NCBI GenBank assembly: GCA_965222115.1
Contig: CBDCTJ010000001.1
Span: 96,001 to 160,000, forward strand
Reading direction: 5' to 3'
Source: Planctomycetota bacterium
GTDB taxonomy: Bacteria; Planctomycetota; PLA2; JAEUHO01
Length of the DNA stretch: 64,000 nucleotides
The position numbers were made by a program, and so were the translations under genes. Shown here piece by piece: positions 53,938 to 64,000 of this stretch; the stretch's first letter is position 1, and each line of letters starts with the position of its first letter. The notes under the pieces were generated by a model. The model saw nothing but the letters and a program-made list of their open reading frames with translations, searched no databases and was not told the DNA's origin.

Positions 53938-55793
53938 CGGTCGAGGATCCATGCCGGGTCCACGTCCCAGGTGGGCGGTGGCCGACGCCCGCGCTCGCGC
54001 ACGAAGTGAAGCCGAGAGAAGTAGGGAAATGCCGCCAGGTAGCGCTTGAGGTAGCGTTCGGGCTGCTGCTTGATCTGTCGTTGCCCCTCCTTGCTTGGCA
54101 CGATGGAGTCGAGTCGAAACAACTTATGCACGCGATCGTTGACGCGGCGAACGGCCACATCAACGATGTCGTTGGACAGGAGTGCGTGTGGGCACGTCAC
54201 GCTCGCTTCGATGTTGCGAAGATGTCGATACTCAAGGGGGTAAACCTGAGCGCTGGTCAATCGCCGCTTCTGTGCTGCTAGGAGTTTCGCCATCACGGAC
54301 GTGAACGCTGCGTCACGGTCAAAGACTTTCTTGGTGGCGTACTCAAGCGACTCGACTATTTGAACGCGCGTTTCAATGTTTGGAATGCGCTCCGCGTGAA
54401 GTGCGCGCAGCAGGCCAATGGCGGCATACCACCGCGGGTCCCACGTTTTGGAAGGTGTGGGACGACGCGATTCCGTGCGCAACCAGTCCAAACACGCACC
54501 AATGCCTGTTTTGGTACCACTTTGTCCGGCGCGCAGCAAGGCAAGCGCCAGCGTGGGCTCTTTGACGACTGCGGGAACGTCACGCGCACGGGCAATCAGT
54601 TCTTTCTCAAGCCAAGGGGCACGGCAAAATAGGAGCGCTTGCGACGCCGCACGGGCCACTTCAAGCTCCGATGTGGGTGCCAACGCTAACTCGTAAAGCG
54701 ACCGCCACTCGTCATCGCCCAAGTTGTTTCGCACGGTAAGCGCACCGCGAGAAAACACGGCCTCGGCGCCCTCTTCGGGCTTACGTATGTTCACGCTCCG
54801 GGTGAGCACCGACATAATCTTCTTGACGGATGCGGGATCGCGCGTCCAGGGCGGGGGTACATCATGAACGGCGCAAAGTCCCAGCGATAGGCACGCGGCC
54901 GCCACGACGGATTGTTGATGTTCTCGGTGAATATTGGCCAAAAACGCATCCGGCGAGGCCGCACGAAGCATGGCACTCGTCACCATACGCGTCTGCGTGC
55001 GAGCGGTTGTCTCGTCCTTTGCCGGCGGTTTGGCACCAAAGGCCGACTCAATTTTGGATCCACCGATCTTTGCTAGTGCCAACATCGAAGCGACCGATAC
55101 GAACTCAAACGGGTCCGATGTGAGCTGCAGCAATTTCGTGCGCGCGCGTTCAAGCCGCTCTTTGGCCGCCCACCGTGCGCGAGCAGGTCCCGGCACAGGC
55201 CCGTCGCCGTCACCCGAAATGCGCGACACCCGTGACGTGCCGTCGGTCCATGGAAAGCAACCGAGCGCCAACCCGGCAAACGCAATTCGATGCGGATCGC
55301 TACCGGTGTCTGACAAAAGCTTCACCATCTCGCTGAGCGCAATACGCGTCTCGGGCGATGGACCGCAGGTGTCGCGAAAGGCGCCAATGGTAAGGAGTGC
55401 ATTCCACGCATGTGTACGGGACGCAGCTCCAGAAAAGAGCGTGGCACGTAGGGCGGGCATGGACACGAGCCCGTAGCGAAAGATCAAGCGGTCGCGGGCC
55501 AGGACGACTTTGTTTAGGTCCGCGAATGAACCATCAATTTGATCCACGACCTCAGCGTGTGTAGGCGGGTCGTAAACTTCCGGTTCGGTGAACACGATCG
55601 CCTTGGGCAAAGGCTCCAGATCACGGTCGCGATTGATCTCCTCGGCGGCAAGCAGGCTCGGCACGAGGACAACGAGCAGCGCTATGCGTGCGCAGAGTCG
55701 AAGACGGGAACATCCAGTTCGGACAAAGCGACGACGTCGACCCCGACGGGGCACGAAAGCAAAGCGCTCGGCGGAATCGCTGGCCTTATCCAT
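53934..55793 (-). CDS. Exported alpha-helical (HEAT/ARM-like) hypothetical protein
   Basis: Signal-like IALLVVLVPSLLAAE; repeated A.LALG / ALAKIG / AAIGLL helices. Confidence 0.65.
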   Translation of the reverse strand: MDKASDSAERFAFVPRRGRRRRFVRTGCSRLRLCARIALLVVLVPSLLAAEEINRDRDLEPLPKAIVFTEPEVYDPPTHAEVVDQIDGSFADLNKVVLARDRLIFRYGLVSMPALRATLFSGAASRTHAWNALLTIGAFRDTCGPSPETRIALSEMVKLLSDTGSDPHRIAFAGLALGCFPWTDGTSRVSRISGDGDGPVPGPARARWAAKERLERARTKLLQLTSDPFEFVSVASMLALAKIGGSKIESAFGAKPPAKDETTARTQTRMVTSAMLRAASPDAFLANIHREHQQSVVAAACLSLGLCAVHDVPPPWTRDPASVKKIMSVLTRSVNIRKPEEGAEAVFSRGALTVRNNLGDDEWRSLYELALAPTSELEVARAASQALLFCRAPWLEKELIARARDVPAVVKEPTLALALLRAGQSGTKTGIGACLDWLRTESRRPTPSKTWDPRWYAAIGLLRALHAERIPNIETRVQIVESLEYATKKVFDRDAAFTSVMAKLLAAQKRRLTSAQVYPLEYRHLRNIEASVTCPHALLSNDIVDVAVRRVNDRVHKLFRLDSIVPSKEGQRQIKQQPERYLKRYLAAFPYFSRLHFVRERGRRPPPTWDVDPAWILDR

Positions 55794-55907
55794 AGCACGC
55801 ACGGGTTAAGTCTATCGCCTGCGCCCACCAACCGGACGCCTACCCGGGCAAATCGCCACAAAGTCGCCGTTTCGCCCCAAACAAGGGGCGATCAGGCGCC
55901 GATTGCA

Positions 55908-57908
55908 CTACTTGTGCTGCAGGTCACGCAGTTCGACGTCGGTGTCGCCGGGAAGGGAAAAATCGACGGATTGGTGGCCGCTACGTGCCGTGTAGTCGCC
56001 GGGTGGCATCCACGAAAACACGGCGACGCCTTCCGCGGCTCGAACCATGCGATGAAAGCCAGGGTTCTTGACCGGATCCTTTGGCAAGACCATTGTCATA
56101 GTATCGCCACCGCGCACGGTGACTTCGTAGAGCTTGGAGATGCGAAGGCGAACGTTGTTTCTTCCGGCCTTTAGTAAGACCGACTCCGTGTGGATCTTTG
56201 ACTGCGTGGGGCCCATGCCTGTTGTCTGAATCGATACAGCGAACTTCACGTTTCCGGGCTGAATGGAAGGAATGGTGACGCGCCCTTCGCTGTCGCATGT
56301 ATGCCTCGCGCCCGACATCGCAGGCTCATCCCTGTACACGCAAAGAACTTCGTTTGTCAGCCCCAACGCCTCTATACCTTCAACGACGATGGATGCCGTG
56401 GCGACCTCGCGAAAATGAACCTCAATCTCCTGGCCCGCGATCCGATCCACGCTGACGTGCTTCGTGCCATAGGACTTCGTGCGCACGGAAAACGTGTACG
56501 CTCCCTCCCCGGGCGGAGCACTTACGCCAAATGCGGGCATTACGAGCTGGCGACCATCCACCGCATGCGTCGCAAGGGCGCCACCCGATCGAGTCTGTCC
56601 ATCGCTCTTGTACAGCGTGGTAAACGTAGCCGAGGGGATGTGTGTTCCTGCGGGCCCACGCACAACCAACGTGACATATCGTGATGAATCCAATTGCGGA
56701 ACGCGGAGCGTATGGCGTTGCAAGCCAGGTCGGACGGAGACGATTTCAAATCCCTCAACGATCTGGCCGTCGCTATGCAGATGCACGTGCCTCCCGCGCA
56801 CAACCCCAAGGGCAATTCGCTCGCAGCCGGGGTTCACAATTTCGAACTCGTATTCGTTCTTTGCGTTGATGGGGCGCTCTGCTCGCTGCCCATATGCTTT
56901 CAACTTCGCTTTCGTGATACTGGACGTACCGCCCTTGACTGAATCGCGTAGGGGCGTCCACAACAGACTCGCGTCGCTGTACTCGCCCTTTGGAAACGTG
57001 ACTTGAACGACCAGAACGGGCGTGTGCGTGAGCGTCAGTTGAAGTTCGGTCGTCTCTCCTTCCGAGATCATCACATCCTTCGCCGAAGCAGTGAATTCAC
57101 TGTGTGCGCCGGCCTTCACTTCCACCCGGTAGAGTCCGGGTTGCACATCTAGGATGTTGTTCGTGGCCCTCCATTGCACGCCGAGATGCTCGTTTGCCGA
57201 GATAAACTTTACCGACGCATGCTTCTGTGCGTGCCCACGCGGCCACGCAAGTCGCAGATGACATGCCGTTCGTTTGATCGCCGTGAAGTTGACCACCGAG
57301 CCGGCCGTAACAACGGCGTGCTGTCTCCGTTTTATTCGCCACTCGTCCGAGGACGCGCGAATGTCATAGTTGGCATCAATTACTCGATCGAACTGGAACG
57401 ATCCGTCTTCGGCCGTTGTCGTCTCGACACGATTTACCGTTGTCCAGCGATCGTACCCAAGGGTCCACTCAAGCCGTGCAACGAGACGCTCCACATCTCC
57501 TTGAATCTCGGGATTGTCCTTGCGTTCCCACGTCCACTGAGGGACAGCCGAGATGATGACGCCGGATACGCCCACGCCTGCTTCGGTGTGTACCATCCCC
57601 GTGATCGTCCCGTCTCCCACCTCCGGCTCCGGATCGGGCAAGTTGAGAACGAGCTTACGTATGGCCGAGCGTTCCGGGGGCTCAGGTTCGCCTGCTTCCC
57701 TTGCATCAGACTGTGCACGCTTTAGAACAACCTGTGGCGGCCGATTGGCACGCACCTCGACGTCCGGCCTCGTCTCCTCATCCGTTTCGATCTCGCAAGC
57801 TGGCGTTGAACTTGACGATGTGCCGACTACGTAGCCTCCTGCAAATGCCGCAACCGCAATCAACCCACTCACTAATAGAATTGCGTATCCATTCACTTCG
57901 GTGCGCAT
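55908..57908 (-). CDS. Membrane-anchored carboxypeptidase-regulatory-like domain protein
   Basis: N-terminal TM; GTITGMVHTEAGVGVSGV, TTAEDGSFQF, PGLYRV, PPGDYT. Confidence 0.75.
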   Translation of the reverse strand: MRTEVNGYAILLVSGLIAVAAFAGGYVVGTSSSSTPACEIETDEETRPDVEVRANRPPQVVLKRAQSDAREAGEPEPPERSAIRKLVLNLPDPEPEVGDGTITGMVHTEAGVGVSGVIISAVPQWTWERKDNPEIQGDVERLVARLEWTLGYDRWTTVNRVETTTAEDGSFQFDRVIDANYDIRASSDEWRIKRRQHAVVTAGSVVNFTAIKRTACHLRLAWPRGHAQKHASVKFISANEHLGVQWRATNNILDVQPGLYRVEVKAGAHSEFTASAKDVMISEGETTELQLTLTHTPVLVVQVTFPKGEYSDASLLWTPLRDSVKGGTSSITKAKLKAYGQRAERPINAKNEYEFEIVNPGCERIALGVVRGRHVHLHSDGQIVEGFEIVSVRPGLQRHTLRVPQLDSSRYVTLVVRGPAGTHIPSATFTTLYKSDGQTRSGGALATHAVDGRQLVMPAFGVSAPPGEGAYTFSVRTKSYGTKHVSVDRIAGQEIEVHFREVATASIVVEGIEALGLTNEVLCVYRDEPAMSGARHTCDSEGRVTIPSIQPGNVKFAVSIQTTGMGPTQSKIHTESVLLKAGRNNVRLRISKLYEVTVRGGDTMTMVLPKDPVKNPGFHRMVRAAEGVAVFSWMPPGDYTARSGHQSVDFSLPGDTDVELRDLQHK

Positions 57909-58052
57909 GGTGAAGCTCCCGGGACAGTGTACCGGCAAGGCATGGACAGCGCAGGCAGGACGAGGATACGAAGAACTCTTCTTGTTCTTGGATACGGGTG
58001 AGGCGAAAGATTCAGATTCGGAAACGGGGGCTGCTGGGGCAAGCCGGGGAGA

Positions 58053-59585
58053 CTACTTGATAAGAAAACCCGCTTCGACATACGCACGCCACTTGCGATC
58101 CAGTTTGCGGTAGTCAAAGCCGTAGGCTTCTTGGAGGGCGTCTTCTTCGGGCTTGTCGCGGACTTTGCTCAAGTCGATGAACTTCTTGAACTTCTCGGGA
58201 CTTAAGCGCGTCAAGTATTCCACCACACTCCACGCCTTGGCAAGTTGGGGATAGCGGAAGTTGGCTTGACCAAACTTTGCAATTCTACGCAGCGGCGAGT
58301 CGCTTCCCTCGGCGACCGCCAGCTTGAGGGCGTCGCGCCACTTGGCGGTGTCGCTCCATTTGAGAATCTCGCCTTCGCCGCCCCCCACCACGCTGTCTTC
58401 TCCGCGGCCCAAGGTGAACGTGGAACTGTAACCAATCGATTGCATTTCGAGGTGATAAGCGAAGCCCTGAAGCAACCACTGGGATGGAAACTTGTAGTTC
58501 ATCTTATAGCGCGTGAGCAAGACGTTCGAATAGCTGTGAACCACGTTGCTCACAAACGTCTTGTCCGTGTTCGGAAACTGATACACGCAAACCAAATTCG
58601 GATCCTGCGCCCACCAAAATGTGTGCTGGCGTTTGACGGCGTCGCCCCATCCAGGAATCAGCTTGTTGGCCTTCACTCGCTTTTGAAACCAATCGGCAAA
58701 CGCTCCGTAGGGTTCCGACTTTTCAAAGAGCATCAAGAATGCGCGCTCGGAACCGTCGTCCGGCAAGTCTTCCGCCGTGGGTCGTAATATCCTGCGAAAC
58801 ACGGTAAACGCTTTCTCCGCTGCTTCCGCCACGCGTTCAGCCATAGATCCGGGAATGCGATACACCACGTCCACGTGACCCGACCAGCGATAGCCATATT
58901 CAAGCCGACTTCCGAACTTGGCTTCTTTGACAAACTTCTTACCGGCCTCTTCCCCCACGCGCACCCACTTGCCTTCGTGCTTCTTGTAGCCGCGCCGTTC
59001 ATGCCACTCGTCGTCGGTGACCCAGGTGTCGCCATCTTTGCGCATGCCCTTTTGGCGTGCGTCGCGCTCTTCGGGTGTGACCCATTCGCCCTTGTACTCC
59101 ACAAGACCCTTCGCCTTGTACTCCTCAACCTTAGCCGCTTCGTCCGCTTGTTTCTTCTCCTCGGGCGACATCCACTTGCCATCAATCTTGATGTGGCCTA
59201 GATATTTTCGCGCGCGCACATCCTTGGGTTTGATCTTGATGATCTGCTCCAGGATCTCATTGAGTTCGCTCTCAAATCCCGCCGACTTTGCCCAGCGATG
59301 AAGCTTCCACAGCGCCTTGACATCGTTCTTTGCTTGCCCGGCGCGGTAGGCGAGTTGTTTGCGCAGCGGGGGCACGCTTTCATCGATGCGCTTCACGTTG
59401 TCGCGTGACACGGTCTTCACACCATCGAATGTGGTTTCGATGACGATCTCTGCGTCGCCTTGCTTGGTGATCTCCCCCTCATACACGGTGCCATCTTTGG
59501 TTTCCACAACGTCGGCGCGCGCGTCGACAAGGAACGGAATCGAGGCAACGAGCGCAAGGGCGAAGAGACGTGGACGATAGCGCAT
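58053..59585 (-). CDS. Secreted protein with G..Y.G.W repeats and a degenerate gluzincin/DUF1570-like C-terminal domain
   Basis: GGAGG RBS; signal peptide; DVVETKDG..YEGEI; repeats GHIKIDGKW, GLVEYKGEW, GYKKHEGKW; VVHSYSN...WLLQGFAYH; Y...AWSVVEYL. Confidence 0.68.
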   Translation of the reverse strand: MRYRPRLFALALVASIPFLVDARADVVETKDGTVYEGEITKQGDAEIVIETTFDGVKTVSRDNVKRIDESVPPLRKQLAYRAGQAKNDVKALWKLHRWAKSAGFESELNEILEQIIKIKPKDVRARKYLGHIKIDGKWMSPEEKKQADEAAKVEEYKAKGLVEYKGEWVTPEERDARQKGMRKDGDTWVTDDEWHERRGYKKHEGKWVRVGEEAGKKFVKEAKFGSRLEYGYRWSGHVDVVYRIPGSMAERVAEAAEKAFTVFRRILRPTAEDLPDDGSERAFLMLFEKSEPYGAFADWFQKRVKANKLIPGWGDAVKRQHTFWWAQDPNLVCVYQFPNTDKTFVSNVVHSYSNVLLTRYKMNYKFPSQWLLQGFAYHLEMQSIGYSSTFTLGRGEDSVVGGGEGEILKWSDTAKWRDALKLAVAEGSDSPLRRIAKFGQANFRYPQLAKAWSVVEYLTRLSPEKFKKFIDLSKVRDKPEEDALQEAYGFDYRKLDRKWRAYVEAGFLIK

Positions 59586-59617
59586 GAGGCCTCCCGGCAC
59601 GCGGTCAGGGCAGTATG

Positions 59618-61354
59618 TTACGCCGCGCCGCGGCCCTTCGGGGTGCGATGAAGCGAGTCGCGAAGTATCACGCGTACTGATTCGGCAATTATCAGCACTT
59701 CCAGTAACAAAAAGAGACTACCGAATCCGAATACGACCCAGTCAGGCTGGGCCTTTCGCCACTCCTCCGCAAGCCGAAGACAGGCTGCCCACGTGGTCAT
59801 GAATATCAGGAACATCATGGGCAACGCGATCGGTAGTGAGGGCCGCTTCTTCCGACGGAGATAGATCCAAAGTGTGAGCAGCGTAATGCCGCCAATCAAT
59901 TGGTTGGTCGTACCAAAGATGGGCCACAAGAGAAATCCGCCGCTGCCCATGCCGCGCCCCGGTGCGCGAACACCGAGTGCCAGAATGCCCGCGGGCACAA
60001 TCGCCACCGCCGCGGCCACGAAACGGTTCTTCAGTACGCCGATCTTGAGGGGCACGGCAAGTTCAGACAGGCAAAAGCGCTGAATCCGTGCGGCGGTGTC
60101 GAGCGTTGTTGCGGCGAAACTAATCACAATCACGGCCACCACGGTCTTGGCAAGTGGAGGCGCCGACGCGGCACCCACGAAGGGCTCCACGAGCGGCGAG
60201 ATGAACGTGGACGCGCCCAGCACAAAGTTTCCGATACCGCCGCGCTGCGCCTTCTCCCACGTGTCGTAGTGGCTGTGCCACGCATCGCCGAGTCCAGCGG
60301 TCACGGCAAGTACAGCGATCATCGCCAAGAGACCTTCGCCCAACATGCCGCCATACCCAATCGCACGTGCATCCCGCATGCAGTTGAGTTGTTTGGAAGT
60401 CGTGCCACTCGCGACGAGTCCATGAAATCCGCTGATCGCGCCGCAGGCAATGGTGATAAAGAGCAAAGGAAGGAGTGACGGCGTTCCGGGTGGCACGTTG
60501 GTGTTGAACTCGGGAGCGGTAATCGTTGGATTGACTATTACAAGTCCCAACAACAACGCCGCCAAGCCGATGAACAGCTGGTGGGAATTGATATAGTCCC
60601 GGGGCTGCAACAAGATGCGCACCGGCAAGACCGAGGCAATGTATGAATAGGCCAGCAGAAAGAGAATCCACGTGGGTATCGGTGAATTGGCGATTTGCAT
60701 GGACGCGGGCAACTGGCCGGCCTCGGGCATCTGTGCTGAGATAAATATGGCCACGTAAAGCAGTACGACCGCAATGATCGAAGGCCACAACAGGCCGGTC
60801 TTACGGCGGTAGAGCAAGAAGCCGATCACCAACGCAATTGCAATCTCAATGTTGACCGGCCACACCGATGCTGGCTGATTGGTGAACAGAAACGCAATCA
60901 ACCAGGCGAAGACGGCGATGACGACCCACGTGAGAAGAACGATGATCAGCAAGAACCAAATGCGCGCGCGCGAGCCGAGAATGGTCCCGGCGAGATCGCC
61001 CATCGTGCGACCGCCCTTTTTGGCCGACAGGCAGAGCGCACCGTAGTCGTGAACTGCGCCAATGAAAATCGTCCCAATCACGACCCATAGCAACGCCGGC
61101 ACCCATCCCCAGATCACCGCAATCGCAGGCCCCACTATGGGCGCGGCGCCGGCCACCGAACAAAAATGGTGTCCAAAAAGCACATGCTTGTTGCAGGGAA
61201 CAAAGTCAACGCCGTCCGCGTGGGTGTGGGCGGGTGTGGGATCGTCGTTGTCCATCTCAAAGACGCGACGCTCGATCCAGCGCGCATAAAATTTGATCGC
61301 CAACACAAATGCGATGATCGTCGTAAGTGCTACCCATACCGCTGGCATTCGCAC
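59618..61354 (-). CDS. cstA: Carbon starvation protein A (CstA-family transporter)
   Basis: TPAH...DGVDFVP, LFGHHF.SVAGAAPIVGP, LLQPRDYIN, ITIACGAISGFH, GYGGMLGEG, LWPIFGTTNQL. Confidence 0.95.
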   Translation of the reverse strand: MRMPAVWVALTTIIAFVLAIKFYARWIERRVFEMDNDDPTPAHTHADGVDFVPCNKHVLFGHHFCSVAGAAPIVGPAIAVIWGWVPALLWVVIGTIFIGAVHDYGALCLSAKKGGRTMGDLAGTILGSRARIWFLLIIVLLTWVVIAVFAWLIAFLFTNQPASVWPVNIEIAIALVIGFLLYRRKTGLLWPSIIAVVLLYVAIFISAQMPEAGQLPASMQIANSPIPTWILFLLAYSYIASVLPVRILLQPRDYINSHQLFIGLAALLLGLVIVNPTITAPEFNTNVPPGTPSLLPLLFITIACGAISGFHGLVASGTTSKQLNCMRDARAIGYGGMLGEGLLAMIAVLAVTAGLGDAWHSHYDTWEKAQRGGIGNFVLGASTFISPLVEPFVGAASAPPLAKTVVAVIVISFAATTLDTAARIQRFCLSELAVPLKIGVLKNRFVAAAVAIVPAGILALGVRAPGRGMGSGGFLLWPIFGTTNQLIGGITLLTLWIYLRRKKRPSLPIALPMMFLIFMTTWAACLRLAEEWRKAQPDWVVFGFGSLFLLLEVLIIAESVRVILRDSLHRTPKGRGAA

Positions 61355-61474
61355 ACCCTAGCGCAAGCACACTCGTTCTAAAAACGAGTCCTATGCAGGC
61401 CGAGGTCGGATACGATGCGCCCGCAATCCATTGGTTAGGTTCCAGGCCGTTGGTCAGGTTCCAGGAGACTTCAA

Positions 61475-62545
61475 ATGCACATGCCCCGGCGTTGCTGGCT
61501 CATATTTGTGACGACTGCCGTTGTTTCGACGGCGTTGTTGGTTGACGCAACACGAATACGCGCCGCGACGCCCATCGGCGGCCTGGCGGTCGCGGCGAGT
61601 CCCGATGGCAAGCACGTGATTGCGGCCGGAGACAATCGCGTGTTCTACGAGATCGATGCCGCTACGCTGAAGGTCAAGCGCCGCGTTCTCTTTGGTCGCC
61701 CGGTAGTCAAAATGGCGTTTTCGGGGGACGGCAAGCGACTCATCGTCGAGAGTACGAACGCCATTTCGCTCGTCGATCCGGCCACGCTAAAGCCCACGCG
61801 CACGATTGAAAACGCTGACTACTTGTCGGTGGCCCCGCAGGTGGGGCTAGCGGCTTACCGAACGCGATCACGGCCGGCCTCCGTACGAGTCATCAATCTC
61901 GCAACGGGAAAGGATGTCGCGGCAATCGAATATGAAGTGAGGGCCGGTTTGACGGCCATTGGCTTGAGCCCCGATGGCAAACGACTCTTGATCTTCGGAT
62001 CGGGCAAGAAGGACGACGCCGAGAAGGAAGTTCCGCGCAAAGATCGCCCCAAGGACCTCAAGGGTGCCGCGCGCACGGAATACAACCACAAACACGACGG
62101 GCGCATGGCGCCATTTCGCATTGTGGACGTGACCACGGGCAAGAACATCCTGCGCGGAAAGTCGTGGATCTGCCCCGGGGGCGGCACACAGGTCACATGG
62201 GCAGGCCCCGAGGCGTTTGTTTCTACCTATGGCAACGACAACGTGCGCGTGGCCAAAGACGGCACCATCCACTACTTCGCCATGGCCAACAGCTACAACT
62301 ACGGCATGGGATCGAGCGTATCGGGCGACGCGCTGCTCGCGGGCGGCCTGCGGAGAGGATCGCGGACCGCACTACCGAGCCTCAAGGCCACTACGTTTGA
62401 ACTGAAATCGGTGCCAGGGTTTCCCGAGTACTGGAAGAGCTTTTCGTTCAATTCGTCCGGCGTGGGCTTCGGAACCACGTCAGCATTTCGGTTGGCACGC
62501 ATTAGCGCGGACGGAAAGATCGAACAGGTCGCGTTCGTCCACTAG
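61475..62545 (+). CDS. Secreted WD40/YVTN-like beta-propeller protein
   Basis: AGGAG RBS; signal peptide; repeats ASPDGKHV, FSGDGKRL, LSPDGKRL. Confidence 0.8.
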   Translation: MHMPRRCWLIFVTTAVVSTALLVDATRIRAATPIGGLAVAASPDGKHVIAAGDNRVFYEIDAATLKVKRRVLFGRPVVKMAFSGDGKRLIVESTNAISLVDPATLKPTRTIENADYLSVAPQVGLAAYRTRSRPASVRVINLATGKDVAAIEYEVRAGLTAIGLSPDGKRLLIFGSGKKDDAEKEVPRKDRPKDLKGAARTEYNHKHDGRMAPFRIVDVTTGKNILRGKSWICPGGGTQVTWAGPEAFVSTYGNDNVRVAKDGTIHYFAMANSYNYGMGSSVSGDALLAGGLRRGSRTALPSLKATTFELKSVPGFPEYWKSFSFNSSGVGFGTTSAFRLARISADGKIEQVAFVH

Positions 62546-62613
62546 CGGGCGAGCATTGTTAGCCCGCAATCAATCTCGCCGTAGCGTAGGCGCGTCTACG
62601 CGAGGCCCCTCCG

Positions 62614-63267
62614 ATGCATGCTCCATTTCCCATCGCGATCATCGATTCCGTCGCGCGCTGGGATGAAGATGTGTTCCGCGCCGTCAATGCCTTTGCGCGC
62701 GAGAACCGCGGCAGCGAGTTTGATTATCTCATGCGCGCCGCGAGTGAATGGGGCTCGGGGTATACGGTTGTACTAGTCGCCGCGGCGGTTGGGCTCGCAA
62801 GTCGTACGTCCGCGTCCTTGCACGCGCGCATGCGGCGAATCATTGTCGCCGAAATACTTGTCGCGTTCGTCGTTCGTTGGCTCAAGAACAGTATTGGGCG
62901 CAAGCGCCCCCGGGGAGCCCTTGCGGCCTCGTTTGCCGGCGGTTCGTTGGTGCCCATCTTCGATCTAAAGGCCACCGTTGCATCGATGCCGTCGGGCCAC
63001 GCCGCGACGATCTGGTGCCTGGCGGTATTGCTCATCGCGTTTTCGAATGCGCTCCCCACCAGGTGGCGCTGGTTCTTCGGCGGTTGGGCTGTGGTGATCG
63101 CAAGCGTGGGTTCGTATGCGCGAATCTACGCGGGAGTCCATTATCCGTTGGACGTGATTGCCGGTGCGGCGCTTGGCGTCGCCATTGCCCTGTTGGTGCT
63201 TTGGGGCTTGAATCGCCTCGGTCGACGAATTGCAGAAGAACACCCGCGGCGAGAGCCGGTGGCATGA
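62614..63267 (+). CDS. PAP2-family membrane phosphatase (lipid A or undecaprenyl phosphate type)
   Basis: C1 KNSIGRKRP, C2 PSGH, C3 RIYAGVHYPLDV. Confidence 0.9.
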   Translation: MHAPFPIAIIDSVARWDEDVFRAVNAFARENRGSEFDYLMRAASEWGSGYTVVLVAAAVGLASRTSASLHARMRRIIVAEILVAFVVRWLKNSIGRKRPRGALAASFAGGSLVPIFDLKATVASMPSGHAATIWCLAVLLIAFSNALPTRWRWFFGGWAVVIASVGSYARIYAGVHYPLDVIAGAALGVAIALLVLWGLNRLGRRIAEEHPRREPVA

Positions 63268-64000
63268 GTCGCACAGTCTGGTTGGTGCTCCTGGGCCTTG
63301 TGGCCGTGGCGATGGCTTCCGGACTGGGGTCATTGGGTCTCGTCGACTATGACGAGGCCGTCTATGCGCAGGTGTCGTGGGAGATGGCCGAGCGCGGCGA
63401 TCTTATTCACCCCACGTTGCAGGGCGAGGGCTGGTACGAAAAGCCGCCCTTTGTGTATTGGACACAAATAGCCGGTTACGCCGTGCTGGGCAAGAACGAG
63501 TGGGCGGTGCGCATCCTCAATGTGCTCGGCGCACTTTTGGGCGCCGTCTTTCTTGCTTGGACCGTCGGCGCGTCATTTGGCGAACGCCGTGCCCAGTGGG
63601 CAAGCTTAATGTTTTTGACCTCGGCGTTCACGCTTGGGTTGTCGCAACTTGCGCTGACCGACATGTGGCTCACCACGTGGCTCGTGCTTGCCGTCGGATC
63701 GACCCTGCGAGCCATTCATCCATGGGAACAAGGGGGAAAAGTCCACAAGGGGTGGTGGGCACTGGCCTCAGTTGCTTGCGGCCTCGCGATGCTTACAAAG
63801 GGCGCGATCGGACTGCTCCTTCCTGCCGGCGCGCTGTTCTTTTATCTGGTTGCAACCAAACGGCTGCACTTCATTCGACAGGCCGGACTCATTGCTTGGG
63901 GACTCGCCCTCGCGGTGGGCATTGGCTTCTCGTGGTACCTCCTGCTTGGAATCACAGCCGAGGGCGGGTTCGCGTTCATGGGCGAACTCTTCATGGAACA
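63264..64000 (+). CDS. ArnT/PMT-like glycosyltransferase family 39/83, truncated by the window end
   Basis: ATG overlaps the PAP2 stop; reads MSRTVWLVLLGL...DYDEAVYAQVSWEM...YEKPPFVYW...NEWAVR...MLTKG. Absent from the ORF track because no stop lies in the window. Confidence 0.88.
   Translation, partial: MSRTVWLVLLGLVAVAMASGLGSLGLVDYDEAVYAQVSWEMAERGDLIHPTLQGEGWYEKPPFVYWTQIAGYAVLGKNEWAVRILNVLGALLGAVFLAWTVGASFGERRAQWASLMFLTSAFTLGLSQLALTDMWLTTWLVLAVGSTLRAIHPWEQGGKVHKGWWALASVACGLAMLTKGAIGLLLPAGALFFYLVATKRLHFIRQAGLIAWGLALAVGIGFSWYLLLGITAEGGFAFMGELFME

Overview
A gene-dense, GC-rich (roughly 60%, estimated by eye) bacterial chromosome segment. The gene content suggests Planctomycetota (HEAT/TPR proteins, carboxypeptidase-regulatory-like repeat proteins, a large Hanks kinase, Deg-type proteases), but this is inference only. 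From left to right: (1) a probable accessory cassette of an exported HEAT-repeat protein, a 2.1-kaa membrane/Sec-targeted Rhs toxin and two paralogous DUF5071-like immunity candidates, bracketed by copies of a 32-bp repeat; (2) secreted proteins, an Aat-NUDIX fusion and three acidic or low-complexity lipoproteins; (3) a 381-bp MITE/REPIN-like element from the same repeat family; (4) a tightly coupled minus-strand run of a divergent EF-G, a hypothetical protein, orphan degenerate V/A-ATPase G-I-E subunits, an active plus pseudo Deg protease pair, an MCE-like protein and an MlaF-MlaE fusion; (5) an LPS-core-type cluster (MsbA-like ABC, GT2/GT4/GT9, Kdo/InaA kinases) interrupted by a thioester-domain-like secreted protein; (6) a HEAT-kinase-FHA module, CstA, PAP2 and a partial ArnT-like gene. 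I saw no tRNA, rRNA, CRISPR array, integrase or transposase. All family calls come from motif recognition by eye, with no database searches.
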